This document shows positions 40,810 through 52,931 of a DNA stretch of 64,000 nt, in pieces. The notes under the pieces are model-generated. The model worked only from the letters and a program-made list of their open reading frames with translations, was not told where the DNA came from and made no database searches. Both the position numbers and the translations under genes were made by a program. The stretch is from Chlorokybus atmophyticus (taxonomy: Eukaryota; Plantae; Mesostigma and Chlorokybus algae). The stretch spans positions 1,349,932 through 1,413,931 of the forward strand of contig RHPI01002090.1 of assembly GCA_009103225.1 (NCBI GenBank), given 5' to 3'. Within the stretch, counting starts at the first letter, position 1, and each line of letters begins with the position of its first letter.

Positions 40810-43211
40810 ATGACGGTGGCATGGGAGCCTGCTGGTGATGACAGGGACACCTTCCGACGTGTGCCTACGGTGAGCGGGTTGCACTTGCTGCTGCATCATT
40901 CAGCCAAGCAGTCTGCTGCTGGAGCTGCTGGTCTGACGCTGCTGAGCGCTTATGAAATGAAATGAAATCAACTCGACGTCAGCACACTGCAAGCACCCTG
41001 CCTACGTATATGTTGAACCAGCTGGCCTGTTCTGTTACCAACATGCATCATCAAGTAGATTTGGCATTCGCCCAGCGCTATGTTATGGCCAGAGCGTATG
41101 GCATTCTGTAACACCTCTTGTTCCTGCAGTGAGCAGCAACTGTCAGTTTGCATGCAACGCTATCAACAAGCATGAGTTGCTGTTTAGCGGGAGTGAGTAT
41201 TATGAGGCTGTGAGTTGGTACTGATCGATGCAATCTGCCGTAAATGGTCTGTGGGACGTTAGTCCAATCTGCCATGATGATCTGTCGACAACCATCGTGA
41301 TTGTCAGCATATTTCCAGGACAAGCCGCCTTTCACTGTCGGGGACTTGAAGCGTGCGATCCCAGCGCACTGCTTTGAGCGCTCGCTTCTCAAGTCGAGCG
41401 TTTACCTGGGAACAAACCTCGCTGCCTGCGTGCTGGCATGGTACTGCACCCGCTTCTTCCAGCTTGCGCCTGCAGGGCCCATCAGGTACACAGCTACTGC
41501 AGCAGTTACAACTCAGATCACTATCAACAGGATCAGTTGCGGTTACTGCTCAAGGTGATGAGATCTCTGGGTCACTGTGAGCACTTGCATGTCAGTTGGT
41601 ATGTGACCCAAAGCAGTACTTGGCCGGCGTACGTTTTGGTAGCGTTGGTACTCATCAGTGTAGCTTTGTACAACAACCCATACCAATCAACATGCGGTGA
41701 TCTGCAGGTGGCTGCTGTGGGCTGTGTACTGGGTTGTTCAGGGGTGTTTGGGGACTGGGGTGTGGGTCATTGCGCACGAATGCGGGCATGGAGCCTTCTC
41801 ACGCTATCCATTGGTTAACGACACTGTTGGCCTCGTCTTCCATTCAGCGCTGCTGGTGCCGTTTTTCAGCTGGAAGTATTCTCACAGGCGGCATCACTCA
41901 AACACTGGCAACCTGGCTGCTGATGAGGTAGTTGGAAAGGAGGCACTCATGCTCAGTCGACGCAACTCATCCATAAAGCAATTCTCAGGTTGATGTATTG
42001 TGAGCAGGTGTTTGTGCCAGGCACAATAGAAAAGGCTGGTCTGGAGATGGATGTGCACGACACCTTGATTGGCCGCATTGCCGGGCTCTTTTTCACATTG
42101 ACTATGGGCTGGTAAGCAACCAGGGCATATTACTCTGCCCTGAATAGATCTTGCCTGTTTGCCGGTTGAACAATGAGGTGGAAAGCACCTTTCTTCCTCT
42201 ATGGCATCTGTTGTCAAACGTCCATGTTGATCGCAGGCCTGCATACCTGGTGTCCAACATGTCTGGTCGCCCTTACCCAAAGTGGGCCAATCACTTTGAT
42301 CCTTACTCGCCCATTTTTAACCGCAGCGAACGCTTGCAGGTATGGATGGGCTGTGAGAGGTCATGTAATCGTTCTGGTTGAGATCATTTCACGCTGGGTG
42401 CTTGTGAGTTCCAAGTCCTGAACTACTTCTCAACTCGCAGGTGCTAATCAGCGATATTGCGCTGGCTGTTGTCTGCGGAGTCCTGTACCTTGCGAGCAGA
42501 AGCTTTGGCACCTTGACTGTGGTTCAGGTAAAAGATGCTTGACATAATGATGACGTTTGACATGCAGTTTGTTGCGAGTTGAGCTGCATATCAACCCGGC
42601 AGCAGCTGAGCCGCGTGTATCGTGTATCCGCAGGTGTATGGAGTGCCTTACCTCATCGTCAACTTCTGGCTGGTTTTGATTACACTGCTGCAGCACACGC
42701 ACCCATCTTTGCCTCACTACAGCAACGATGGCTGGGACTGGCTGCGGGGCGCACTTTGCACCGTGGACCGTGACTATGGCATCCTAAACACAGGTGCAGC
42801 CTGCTCCGGAGCGGGGCGGGGCGGTCGTCCATACTTGTTTAGTTACTTACATTCTGCTTTGCGTGCAGTGTTTCATCACATTGGGGACACGCATGTCACG
42901 CACCATCTGTTCAGCACGCTCCCTCACTATCACGCTTTAGAGGCCACGGCGGCGCTGAAACCCATTTTGGGTGATTACTATCTGTTTGACAGTCGACCCG
43001 TCTTCCAAGCACTGTGGAGCGAATGGGTGTCGTGCCGCTTTGTAAGCGTGTCTCACTTGCATGTTTGAGATGGTGCTAGTGACACAGTACCCAACTGGTC
43101 GCTAATTCGATCGTAACATCTCTTTCTTGTGCTGCACTTCAGGTTGCTCCCGACAGCAGTGGCAACCAAGATGTGTTGTGGTTTGCAAACCGCCGGCAGA
43201 AGCTGGCATAA
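40810..43211 (+). CDS. FAD2: Microsomal omega-6 (delta-12) fatty acid desaturase
   Basis: [20 protein letters not shown]|[22 protein letters not shown], with three His boxes HECGH, HRRHH and HVTHH, plus [11 protein letters not shown] and [19 protein letters not shown] at 43209-43211. Confidence 0.96.
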
Positions 43212-44315
43212 TGCAGCAGAAGGCTAAGACAAGAAGACAAAAAGTTTGCAACACCCCGCTTATGCTCGCGGGCTAGACCATGTCTACCGGTAGAACGAGT
43301 CTTGCGACGCCACGTTGGCGATTGCAGTTGCTGTTTTTGTCCCCAGTAACTTGTGTAGGTGATTGACGCTGTGCTCAACGTTGTTGACAATTGAAGGTTG
43401 ACAATTGTATTTTATTGTATTGTACTGTAGGCTAGGATGAATTGAAGTGCGTTTTCGCATTTCCATCGCTGCCTCATTTGCTTGGTCTGCTTGTCCTGCG
43501 GTGCATGCGACGTTGGTGCCTGCAGATGACACAAGCACAACAGACGGCTCTAGCTATGCTGCCCCTCAGTAGAGACTGCCTGCTTGCATTCTGTCTGATG
43601 CCACTGGGATGCGTAGCCGTGTTCTTCCACTGGTAAATATGCAAGTAGACACTGCTGTCACTACCAGCTTGCTATTAAACTTAATGGTCGTCATTGTGGT
43701 ACGCCGCCTTACCCATCAACACCACGATCGTGAAAGTGATCATGTTGTGCATCCGTGCCCCTCCGCCGCACTGTTTCCTGCTCTCTGCAATGGTGCAAGC
43801 AGGATGGAGTGAAATGACCATTAGTTCTCACCAGTGTGCATACATAACTATTTAGGTTGCTTAACAGGCGTACATTACATGCCACATATCGTGTTGCCTT
43901 TGTTGCTATACGCTGCGTTTGTTCAAAGGCAACTTGTGAATACAGGCGTTGTCATTACATATACACAGGGTATTGTCATTGCATATACACAGGGTTTGGC
44001 TGTTGCTGCGGGTGGTGGGCTGCACAAGCTGCAAGCGCCCACTTATGGTGATACCACTCTCGCATATTGTCTAGGGGCTTGGGCCAGCCCGTTTTGTGTA
44101 CTGTTGCTTGTATGTGTGCAGTGCGTACAGTTGATTTGCTTTGCCGTGTACTCATGGTGATACGCACAGTCATTTGAAAGCTTTGTGATGTTAAACAGGC
44201 AACTGCCACCAGACTACCGAGGCATGCATGATGATGTTGAAACCGTGTGATGTTGGCAAGAGCTCCGCGGCACAGGACGCTTGATGGCACTTATGAGTAA
44301 GTACATAGACAAGCG

Positions 44316-46500
44316 CTATGACTTTTTGTCCAAGGACTGACCGCGATAATCTGCACTGGCTGCAATGGTCAAAGCAGGCGCTACAAAGCAGTCTTTCAGC
44401 GAGGCCTTCTCAAACAGATGGGCCTTGTTGCATATGACCGATCCTTGGATCACGCAGTTGTCATCTACAACAACGTGGTGCATGATGACCGAGTTCACGA
44501 TCTTCACGTTGTTGCCGATGCGGCAGTGCCGCCCAACTACTGATCTCTTAATGCTGCACCTGTCTCCAAACTTTGTGCCCGCACCGATCATGCACTGTGC
44601 GCCCACCATGGTTTTGGTGCCGATCTCCGCTGTCGGGTCCACAAAGTTGCCGTGTTGAGGCGATGGTGCCACATCAAGCAAGTGCGCGCCGTCGCCAAGG
44701 ATGTCGTGGTTGACATCGCCATAAGCCTGCTCGTGCATGATGTATGGATGAGTTTGCTGGTGGTGTGACACTCAATTAGGCAATGCGTTCGCATGTCGAC
44801 TAACCTGAAGGTTGTTGATTCGTGCGCAAAACTGCTTCGTGCCGTCGGCTACGTACACAGAGCAGCGCTTGGCTTGTGACTCTGCAGCAGGGTCTACTGT
44901 CTGTGGACAAACAGTAAAAGGTAAATCATCCCCGCAGCATGCCAAGTAACGACCCAAAGCATGATTGTTGAGATTGCCAGAGCTTACATGCAATGGTTCG
45001 CTCTCAGATAAGTCCTGCAACCGTACAAGCAACGGCAGAAGCTCAGCTTTGATACTGGTAATGGTTGGCCTTTCATGCAAAATCTCCAAAACTCTCCGCG
45101 CAAATACGTACACATGCAGATCCGCCAGGCCAGTGTGCAGAGTGACCTGTGAAACAAACAGTTAGGGATACGACAAAGTTGAGCCATGCTCTGTTCGCTC
45201 ATTGAACACATCGGATATAGCACACCTGATGGGCTAGCCGCAACATGGATTTCCTAAACCTGATCTCCTTGCCCGCGTCCTTACCGCCGGCGCAGCAGAG
45301 CAACCGCTGGCCCGCCTTATCAAGTCCCATTATGTCGGGCGGAAGGGCTGCTTTGTCCTTCTTTTTTGAGGGCTCTGAACTTGTGCCTTGTTCCCTATTG
45401 CCAGATTAGCGAAAATATAGCACATTAAGCTCCCTGTTGGTAAGTACACACGAGGGTCTGCACTAAGAGGGTAAAGTGACATGCGTTGAATGCGCAACGA
45501 CCCACACAGTACCTGTGCGGAGCAAGCAGCGCGGTAGCAACAGAAGGGCGCAAACGGTGTGCAGCCACCACTGCGCCGAGTGGGATGTCGCAAACCACAT
45601 CGCCACTAACAACCTGGCATGCGAGCTGTCTGATCAGCCGAGTGTTGGGTTCTGATCTGGACGGTTGCAAGCTCGAGCCATGCAATGCAAGCTATGCCAT
45701 AGTCGCAGTCAAGTTGTGGTATACCAGAAACTCCTTGCTGGTGATCCTGCTTGAGACCGCTCTCAACGCATCCGCCGAGCCCGTCTCTTCAGGAACTGCG
45801 GCCACCTTTTGAACATGTGAACAGTGGTGACACCGACCAAACACGCATAGTATACATCGATATAGACATTATAGATGAGGGAAATAACAACAACCCGTAC
45901 ATTGAACTTGACTCGCCCCTGGTAAGCTTCTGAGGCCCACGCTCCCACGCGCGCTGCGGCTTCCTCCCCAGCCACAACCTGATGCAGACGTCTGCATGTC
46001 ATGATGGGACATGCATGCATTGACCTACTCAATGCATGCACAAAAATGCACAGTTTGTTGAGGTGGCACAGCTTACTTAAGTGCCACTGGATGATTGCCT
46101 CCAAGCATGGCTGCATGCAAATAGCAGCAACAGCATGCCAGGTATGCCAATCAACGTGCTGGACCGCAATGTCCCATTCCATGCATGCACTGAGCAGAAT
46201 TGCCGTCCGTTGCGGCTTGATTTCAAGCAATGCTTACTAGTATGAGGTGGGTGAAACCAGCACGCTCCAGCATTTCTATGGGGTAGCAGAGCAGAGGCCT
46301 GTTGCCAACCGGCAGCAGCGCAGACGGGTACACCTGTTGAGAATGTTAACGAATCGTGTTATCGAAACTGGCAACCCATTGGTGGACACCCTCATGTGCA
46401 TTGCATGCGTTGACACCAACGGCAACACCCTGACCTGCGACACCAGAGGCTGCAGCCCCTGCACCGCGCCACCGGCCAGCACCACAGCCTGGAGATCCAT
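44316..46500 (-). CDS. EIF2B3: Translation initiation factor eIF2B gamma subunit
   Basis: MDLQAVVLAGG | ALLPVGNRPLLCYPIEMLERAGF | PEETGSADALR | VVSGDVVCD | LADLHVYVF | CARINNLQ|AYGDVN and the left-handed beta-helix (CSIKRSVVGRHCRIGNNVKIVNSVIMHHVVVDDNCVIQGSVIC). Confidence 0.93.
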
Positions 46501-46594
46501 GACGAGGACGAGGACGACACCAACCCTGCTGCCGCCTCTGCCGCCGTCGTCTCCGCCTCCTGAGCCAGGAGTCCTGGCCTTGGCCACGGCTAGC

Positions 46595-46638
46595 TTAGGG
46601 TTTTTTGCCCCTGCGCAGAGTGGAGTGTGTTCTGGGCT
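46595..46638. promoter_or_regulatory. Telo-box (TTAGGGTTT, 46595-46603) plus site II-like TGGGCT (46633-46638) in the 147-bp eIF2B-gamma/DAP3 bidirectional promoter
   Basis: Both motifs read directly. The telo-box plus site II pairing is known from land-plant translation-machinery promoters. Confidence 0.6.
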
Positions 46639-46647
46639 TATGGGGTG

Positions 46648-48531
46648 ATGGCGGCGGCGGCGTTGAGGGTGCTGAGCGCAGGCGGCAGGCGGCTACTGCA
46701 AGGCGGACTGAGTAGTAGTGGCAGCGGTTTAGTGCGTCTTGCTCATGCGGAGGCTTCTGCCGTTGCCACTGCGGTGAGGGAACACGTACCTGTCCATCCG
46801 TTTGCAGAGCAATTGTCGTCGGGTCAGTACGTGCCTGAAGACGCCCTCATCGCCCGCGTGGACAACCCCTCTGAGCTGACGGAAGAGCACATTGGCCGCT
46901 ACTATAGTGTGAGGTGCGGTTGCGTAGTATAACACCTACAGACTGCATTACGATCAGGCTGCTAGTAATTGTGTATTTGTCTCCTGGTGGTGTAAGCCAA
47001 CCCACACGTGTCACAATTGGGTTGCAAACAACAAGCAGGTTGTTGTTGTAACTGTTGGTGCTTTGAGGCCATGCAGTCTGCACACACGCAGCATGGCATC
47101 ATCGGATGGCTGTTTTGCATTGCACTCTGCTGCTCCATTCACAGTTTTTTGCAACATGCTGCAGCAGGGAGAAGGTTTTTCGGGAGAGTCTGCCGTGGGA
47201 GGTGGAGGCCGAGTGGGCGTTCACGGGGGACACGCGACTGCTTGCTCGCAAGCACACGCTGCGCCTGTTCAGGCATGTGGACAAATTGCGGTCGCGAACA
47301 AGTAGTCCTCGAGGTGAGCTATGGGCTTTGAGGGTGTCATTGTGATGTTTTGCACGCACACATGGTTACAGTATGATTACAATCGACCGACTTGCGCAAG
47401 TGTGTCACATATGCAGGTGTGTTGTTGGATGGGCCGCCTTGCAGTGGGAAGAGCACCACACTTGCAGCGCTTGTCCACTGGGCGCGCTCATCAGGCTGGC
47501 TAGTGCTGTACGTCCCCAGCGCTTTCGCATGGACGCAGAAGTCTTCTTTTTACTCCAAGCATGCCTCGGGCTCATGGGACTCTTCGGATGCCGCACAAGG
47601 TGTTCTGCGGGTGCGTTGACATGTTGTACACAGGCTTGTAGGCTACATATGCACTCAGTAGTACTCAACTTCCACATTGGCTGCTCTCCTTGTTTGCACA
47701 GAGCTTTAGCGACAGTCACAGCGACATGTTAAAAAACATTCCAGTGCGCTCGCAAGAAGGTAGTGCGGCCGGTGTCAGCAATCTTCATGAATTTGTACAG
47801 CGAGGCGTGGAGGATGCACAGGTTGCGACCGATGTGGTGTTGCACTTGCGTGAAGAGCTTGCGAGAGTGACGGATGCCCCTGTTTTGATCGCCATTGATG
47901 AGGTGCGCGCGGTTGGTATCGAGCACAACAGTTGTGTTATGGAGATTTGTGCATAACTGTTGGTGTTTGCAGTACAACGCGTTGTACCTCCCCACAGCAT
48001 TTGGCGAAACCACTGGACACAGAAGCAGGCGAATCATACATGCCTCAGAGTTTCGTATGGTGAGTGTTGCATGCTGTTTTCTCTTGAGTGTTGCATGTGT
48101 TGCGTGCCAGTTTGTTGCGATCAGGATTTTTGATGTGTGCTTGCCTTGCACAGTTTGATGCTTACCGTTGCCTCAACCGCCTACAACTTGCAAACGGAGT
48201 GGTGGCTGCTGCCACAACGGGCACTGGTGTGCATTACCAAGTCGGGGACAACCTGCCAGACACTTCGTCCGCAAGATTCCCAGTGCAGCGGTATACACTA
48301 GCAGAATCTGCTGCGGCCCTGGCCTACTATTCCAGGTACTTGAGAGTGGGACTGATTGCGGGGTGCAACACAAAGGTCAGATGTTCATCATGGTGGAATG
48401 CATTGACATGTACTGTTGATTGCAGCTGTGAAGCCCTTGATGGTGAGCTGGACGTGAAGAAGGTTGCATGGCTACATCACTTGACAGCAGGCAATGGCAA
48501 AGAGTTGAGATTGATGGCTGCGCAGCTTTAG
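46648..48531 (+). CDS. DAP3: Mitochondrial small ribosomal subunit protein mS29 / DAP3
   Basis: Presequence MAAAALRVLSAGGRRLLQGG; GVLLDGPPCSGKSTTLAALVHWARSSGWLVLYVP; PVLIAIDE|YNALY; RYTLAESAAALAYY; LTAGNGKEL. TAG at 48529-48531. Confidence 0.9.
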
Positions 48532-48790
48532 ATTGCTAGAAGACTCGCAGCCTATGTACACAGCCTGGGCTGTTGTTGTGGTGTAGTAATGCTTTGTGTA
48601 GGACAGTCAACAATGCGACACTTCTTGTGTCCCAACATTGCAACCTCGTTCTATAGTTTTACCATGATTGCAGTGATGTTGCACCACCGGGCTTTACACT
48701 TCCGCGACAACTTGCGAACATAATGTCATCGGTGCGCTGATGATACGACAGCAGGACTTTGACTCACACATGGCAGCTATGAGCCGGGAA

Positions 48791-50698
48791 TTATGATGAT
48801 GCCACTGGGGCCTTGTCCACATTGCCCTCCTCCACCTTGGTGGCAGACTCGGAGGTGCCCGTCTCAACATCCTCTGCGACAGCAGCGGCCAGACGCTCTT
48901 CAAGCGCACGAGCTCCGCGCTCTCGGCGCCTGCTGGCATCAACTGGATCTGACCCTGGCAGCTGATGGTTCGCGAGCACCTGCGATGGGTCAGTCTGCGC
49001 GGGTTTGCGAACCATCCCGCAGAACAGCCGCTCCACGACCGTGCTAAGCCTGGACACAATTGGGTGCAGTGGCTCAGGAAAGAAAGTATGGAAGGCAAAA
49101 TCTTCACTCGGGTCGCCTTTGAGGTTGCCGAGCTTTTCTTGGAAGTAGCGCAGGTACAGCCACGAGCTGTACGTGCCGAACAGGATAAAAGGCAGGGCCA
49201 TTTCTTCCTCCGTGACAACGCAGAGGATGACTGAAAGCAGCACGAAGATGGATGGTAGATGCTGAAATGAAAGCAACAGTCATCACTGTTTGCGTGTAGA
49301 ATGGTCACTTGGACGTATGTATGCGCAAGGCAGTTTTTACCAACATGACACCGCACCTTCGCACGCAACTTCAAGCCAGCCACCGCTCGCAACTCCTGCT
49401 CTGGCATAAGCTGCTTGATGGCTACCAAGAAGCCAGCCACCACACCCGCGAACCCGTTCACCCCAGTGCCATACCTGCAAGCGCATATGTGTCCACATGT
49501 CTCGCCCCTGTGCAGGGTTGCTGCTGGCAAGGATTAAGCAGGGGCAAGGTACTTACAGGAACCGTTCATGTCGAGTCAGGAAAAACAGCAAGTACATCAA
49601 CACGAAAGTACAGAAGCCGGTCGAAAAGTTGACATAGGCAATGAACTTGAGGAATGTCTTTGAACCCCATATAGGCTCCAGGACTTTTCCAAACACCAGC
49701 ACTGCCAGGACATCAAGTATCACCTGACAACAGCACAACCTGATGTCACAACACTCTCAACTGAAACAATGCATTACATATACATGGTGCTGCTGTGTTA
49801 CGCCCAGTGGACATAGGCCAACCAAAAAGCACAGCGGAGTGCTTGCACACTCTGTACTTACGCTGATAATCTTGTTCTCAAAGTACCCAGCAGTAACAAG
49901 GTTCCACACGCAAGGAAGTGTCCTGCACACGTGTCAGTCAATTACTACTGGTCTGAAACCAATATGCTCCAAGCACGCATAATAGATGGTGGGTTGCAGA
50001 GGGCATGCTTACTTTCCTGGCATGAGCGCAAGATAGCGGTTGGAGGTTGGGATCAGCACTGAGACAGCATAGCCAAGGACGAGTACACCAGCAATTGCTT
50101 TGGATAGCCGTGTAAACCCTGACAGCAGCTTCTGCGCCTGAAAGATTAAACACGTTGTGATTGATTGATGGGTGGTGCCCGTGTTTCGCATGCGACACTA
50201 ACTGGCAAATTGCACTCATGCTATCGGTGTTTGCAGGCCCCTGACATTCCTGCTACGATAGAACAGCGACAATGCTTGCATGCAACAAGCCGCCTCCACA
50301 AGTTAGCAATGATGGTAGTGTTGCTCCGTATGGTATGTGCGGCAATTGCATCTTGCAGTAGAAGCAAGCAAGCATGCAAGCACATTACGCTCAAATGTCT
50401 GCACTGTCGCCAAGCAAGAGTTGTGTATGTACTGCAATTGTGTTCCATTACGAATGTATAGAGAACTTTGAGAGGTTGGCAAAGTTGACCCAGGAGTGAC
50501 AGCTACAAGGCAACTCTGTTGTCCCTTACTTGGCATGCATTTGCGCCTGCCAGCTATGTCTTGGTGCCCACAGTGCACGTAAGCATTAGGGTTCAACTGA
50601 CGGACGAGCACGGCCTGGAATGCAGGCCGTGCTCGTCCGTCAGTTGAAAACACGCAACCCTTACTCACCGCAGGCGGCGACGCCACTCCCTCGTTCAT
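48791..50698 (-). CDS. TMEM115: TMEM115 / rhomboid-like protein 19 (DUF1751) Golgi membrane protein
   Basis: GFTRLSKAIAGVLV | WNLVTAGYFE | GKVLEPIWGSKTFLKFI | GFAGVVAGFLVAIKQLMPEQEL | GTYSSWLYLRYFQ..GDPSEDFAFHTFFPE..DASRRRERGARALEERL. Confidence 0.92.
50592..50648. other. Perfect 26-bp inverted repeat with 5-nt loop in TMEM115 intron 1
   Basis: TTCAACTGACGGACGAGCACGGCCTG-GAATG-CAGGCCGTGCTCGTCCGTCAGTTGAA, with exactly complementary arms. Confidence 0.92.
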
Positions 50699-50869
50699 GG
50701 CTGCTTGCGCCGCCAAGGTAGTCAGACAAAAGGCGGCAGGCTTGTCCCCCAGGCCAGACCAGCGGGCGTCCGCCTCCGCTGACTATCTGTTCAGCTAGCA
50801 AGTCCCTGACAGGCGACCCAGCCGGCAGAGGCAACTACCGTAACTCAACACCAGGAGACGGGCCTCGTG

Positions 50870-50878
50870 TTAGGGTTT
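50870..50878. promoter_or_regulatory. Telo-box TTAGGGTTT about 170 bp upstream of the TMEM115 ATG
   Basis: Exact 9-mer read directly. Confidence 0.55.
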
Positions 50879-52033
50879 ACGTGGCAAAGATGCGGTGAAA
50901 CAACCTGCCCTGCCTCCCTCCCTCCCTCTCGGCCGCCGCCGCCGCCGCCGCCACGCCACTGCCAGTACTCGTGCTGGTGCGTCTGTTACGGCCGAGCTAC
51001 TTGCTTCGTGCGCCATTTGCATTGCCACTGGTTTCACTCTGCCAGTAACGAGTTGCCTCTGATTCGTTACTGGCAGATTGCCACTAGCAATTGCAACAAG
51101 GTGACTCTTTGCATAACGCTTGGGATCATGAATGCTAAGGATTCTGCTACATAACCCCTTGCATTACGGTATGCAAGGGGCTTGTTTTATGCACCGTAAA
51201 CACCGTAACGACCAGGGTACGTGCAAAGTCTTTATGTCACTTAAGATTTGGTTTTAGGATGTACAAGCTCGGCAATCAATTGCCACCGCAGAATTTAAGA
51301 ATAACAACTTTACCCCCTTGAGTTGAGGTAGTGTCGAGTTGTTTTGTGATGCAAGCCAATTTATCTGCATGACAATGACGACATGCCATTATTAAGAAAA
51401 CGCATAATATACATCCGTTGTGTCAACTATGCATCATTATAATGACGGCGAACTCATTCGCACATATGTAGTGACTTTCAACAAGCAGCAATTGCCCTGC
51501 ACAGGGAAGCAACTCTGCTTCATATCGCATTCATATATACATAATAATACACATAGTCAACTTAATGGTATACATTATAAAATAATGCTACAAGTATACA
51601 CATCTAACTCACTACTTGTACCTTATTGAAGCGAATTGTTTGTAATGCATCTGTAGCCCAGATGCATTACAGTAGCCAACAAGTAGCCAAAGCAAAAAGG
51701 CAAAGCACAAGCACAAGAACAAGTACGGCAAATGCTTTATTATAGCAAGAGCGATGCAGATTATAACTATGTGCACTGCCAACTGCGTGCAAGTGGGGTT
51801 GAGAGGCGTGGGGCCGTAGGCAGTAGGAACAACCAACCACGTATGGCAAGTATGGTAAGTATGCTACGTGATCTTACCACCATTTACTCCAATACACATT
51901 AAGCGGTTAATTGTATGCATTGCAGCTCTGTTAAGCGGCTCGTGTTATATGAGCTGCAATTGTGTCAACACATTTACATTGGTGTCGAAAGATGAGTACA
52001 ACAATTCAAGTAGTTAAACCAAATGAAGCATCT

Positions 52034-52209
52034 TTACCAATGTGGTTTTGATGAATATACAGTTATCAATTGGCATTACACATCCCTAATGTACTCAAAC
52101 AATGGCGACTCCATAGTTTACTTACCAATGTGGATTTGATCAATATACAGCTATCAATTGGCATTGCAAATCCCTAATGTACTCAAACAATGGGCACTCC
52201 ATAGTTTAC
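52034..52209. repeat. 88-bp tandem duplication (2 copies) in an AT-rich island
   Basis: TTACCAATGTGG.TTTGAT.AATATACAG.TATCAATTGGCATT.CA.ATCCCTAATGTACTCAAACAATGG..ACTCCATAGTTTAC at 52034 and 52122. Confidence 0.9.
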
Positions 52210-52931
52210 TATGACACCGAGTGCTCACCACGTATCCACTAACCTTGTCACGTCGCATTGTGTGATGCACACACCACGGGCCCCAGGCGTGGAGCGGACA
52301 GCGCGCCTTGCGATAGTATTGCCAGTGCTTGATGCTGTGTATAAAAGCTGCGACAGGGATTTGTGTGCATGTGTTGTGCGTGCCGATGTGATGTTAATGG
52401 ATGGTATGATAGCATCTATGGCTAATTAAGGTGTGCGAATCGTGCAGCCGAAATGTGTACATTGAATTTATATGGAGTTGTTTGACAACGCAGAATGCAT
52501 TTATGCAAGCATGCGTTCCCAAAAGCGCAGCAAGGCATCTGTCACCTCATGTGGTTCGTATGTGTAGTAACACGTCTGCTTGACAAAGTGCTATGCCCGC
52601 AATGTAAGCGTCAAGTGTTTACTTTGCCAGCCTGGTCCTTGTATGTGTCCTTGTGTGTGTCCCTGCTGTGTCAAAATAACCGCCGAACAATTTTCCTGGC
52701 AGAACTGCAAGTTACTCATCTGCGTGGCATCAGCCAGTTCAGTACTTCATTGTGCCCATGCCTGACTTATTGTACACAGACTCTTGAAGCGGTCGCGGGT
52801 GCCATGCATTACAAGACAATGCAGAGGAAACAACATGCTCATACCTGCATCACACTGTCAGCGACATATGCACATGCAAGCGCTCAGAATAGCAACGGTG
52901 TGTACAATGTAGTGCAATCTGATAAACTAGT

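Noticed and set aside
42547-42609. Box C (ATGATGA) and box D (CTGA) in a FAD2 intron
   Set aside because: There is no terminal stem and no recognisable rRNA-complementary guide.
40810-43211. Divergent FAD2 (hydroxylase or conjugase)
   Set aside because: It keeps desaturase-type residues ([19 protein letters not shown]). Only the Met after ST is Leu, which is not diagnostic.
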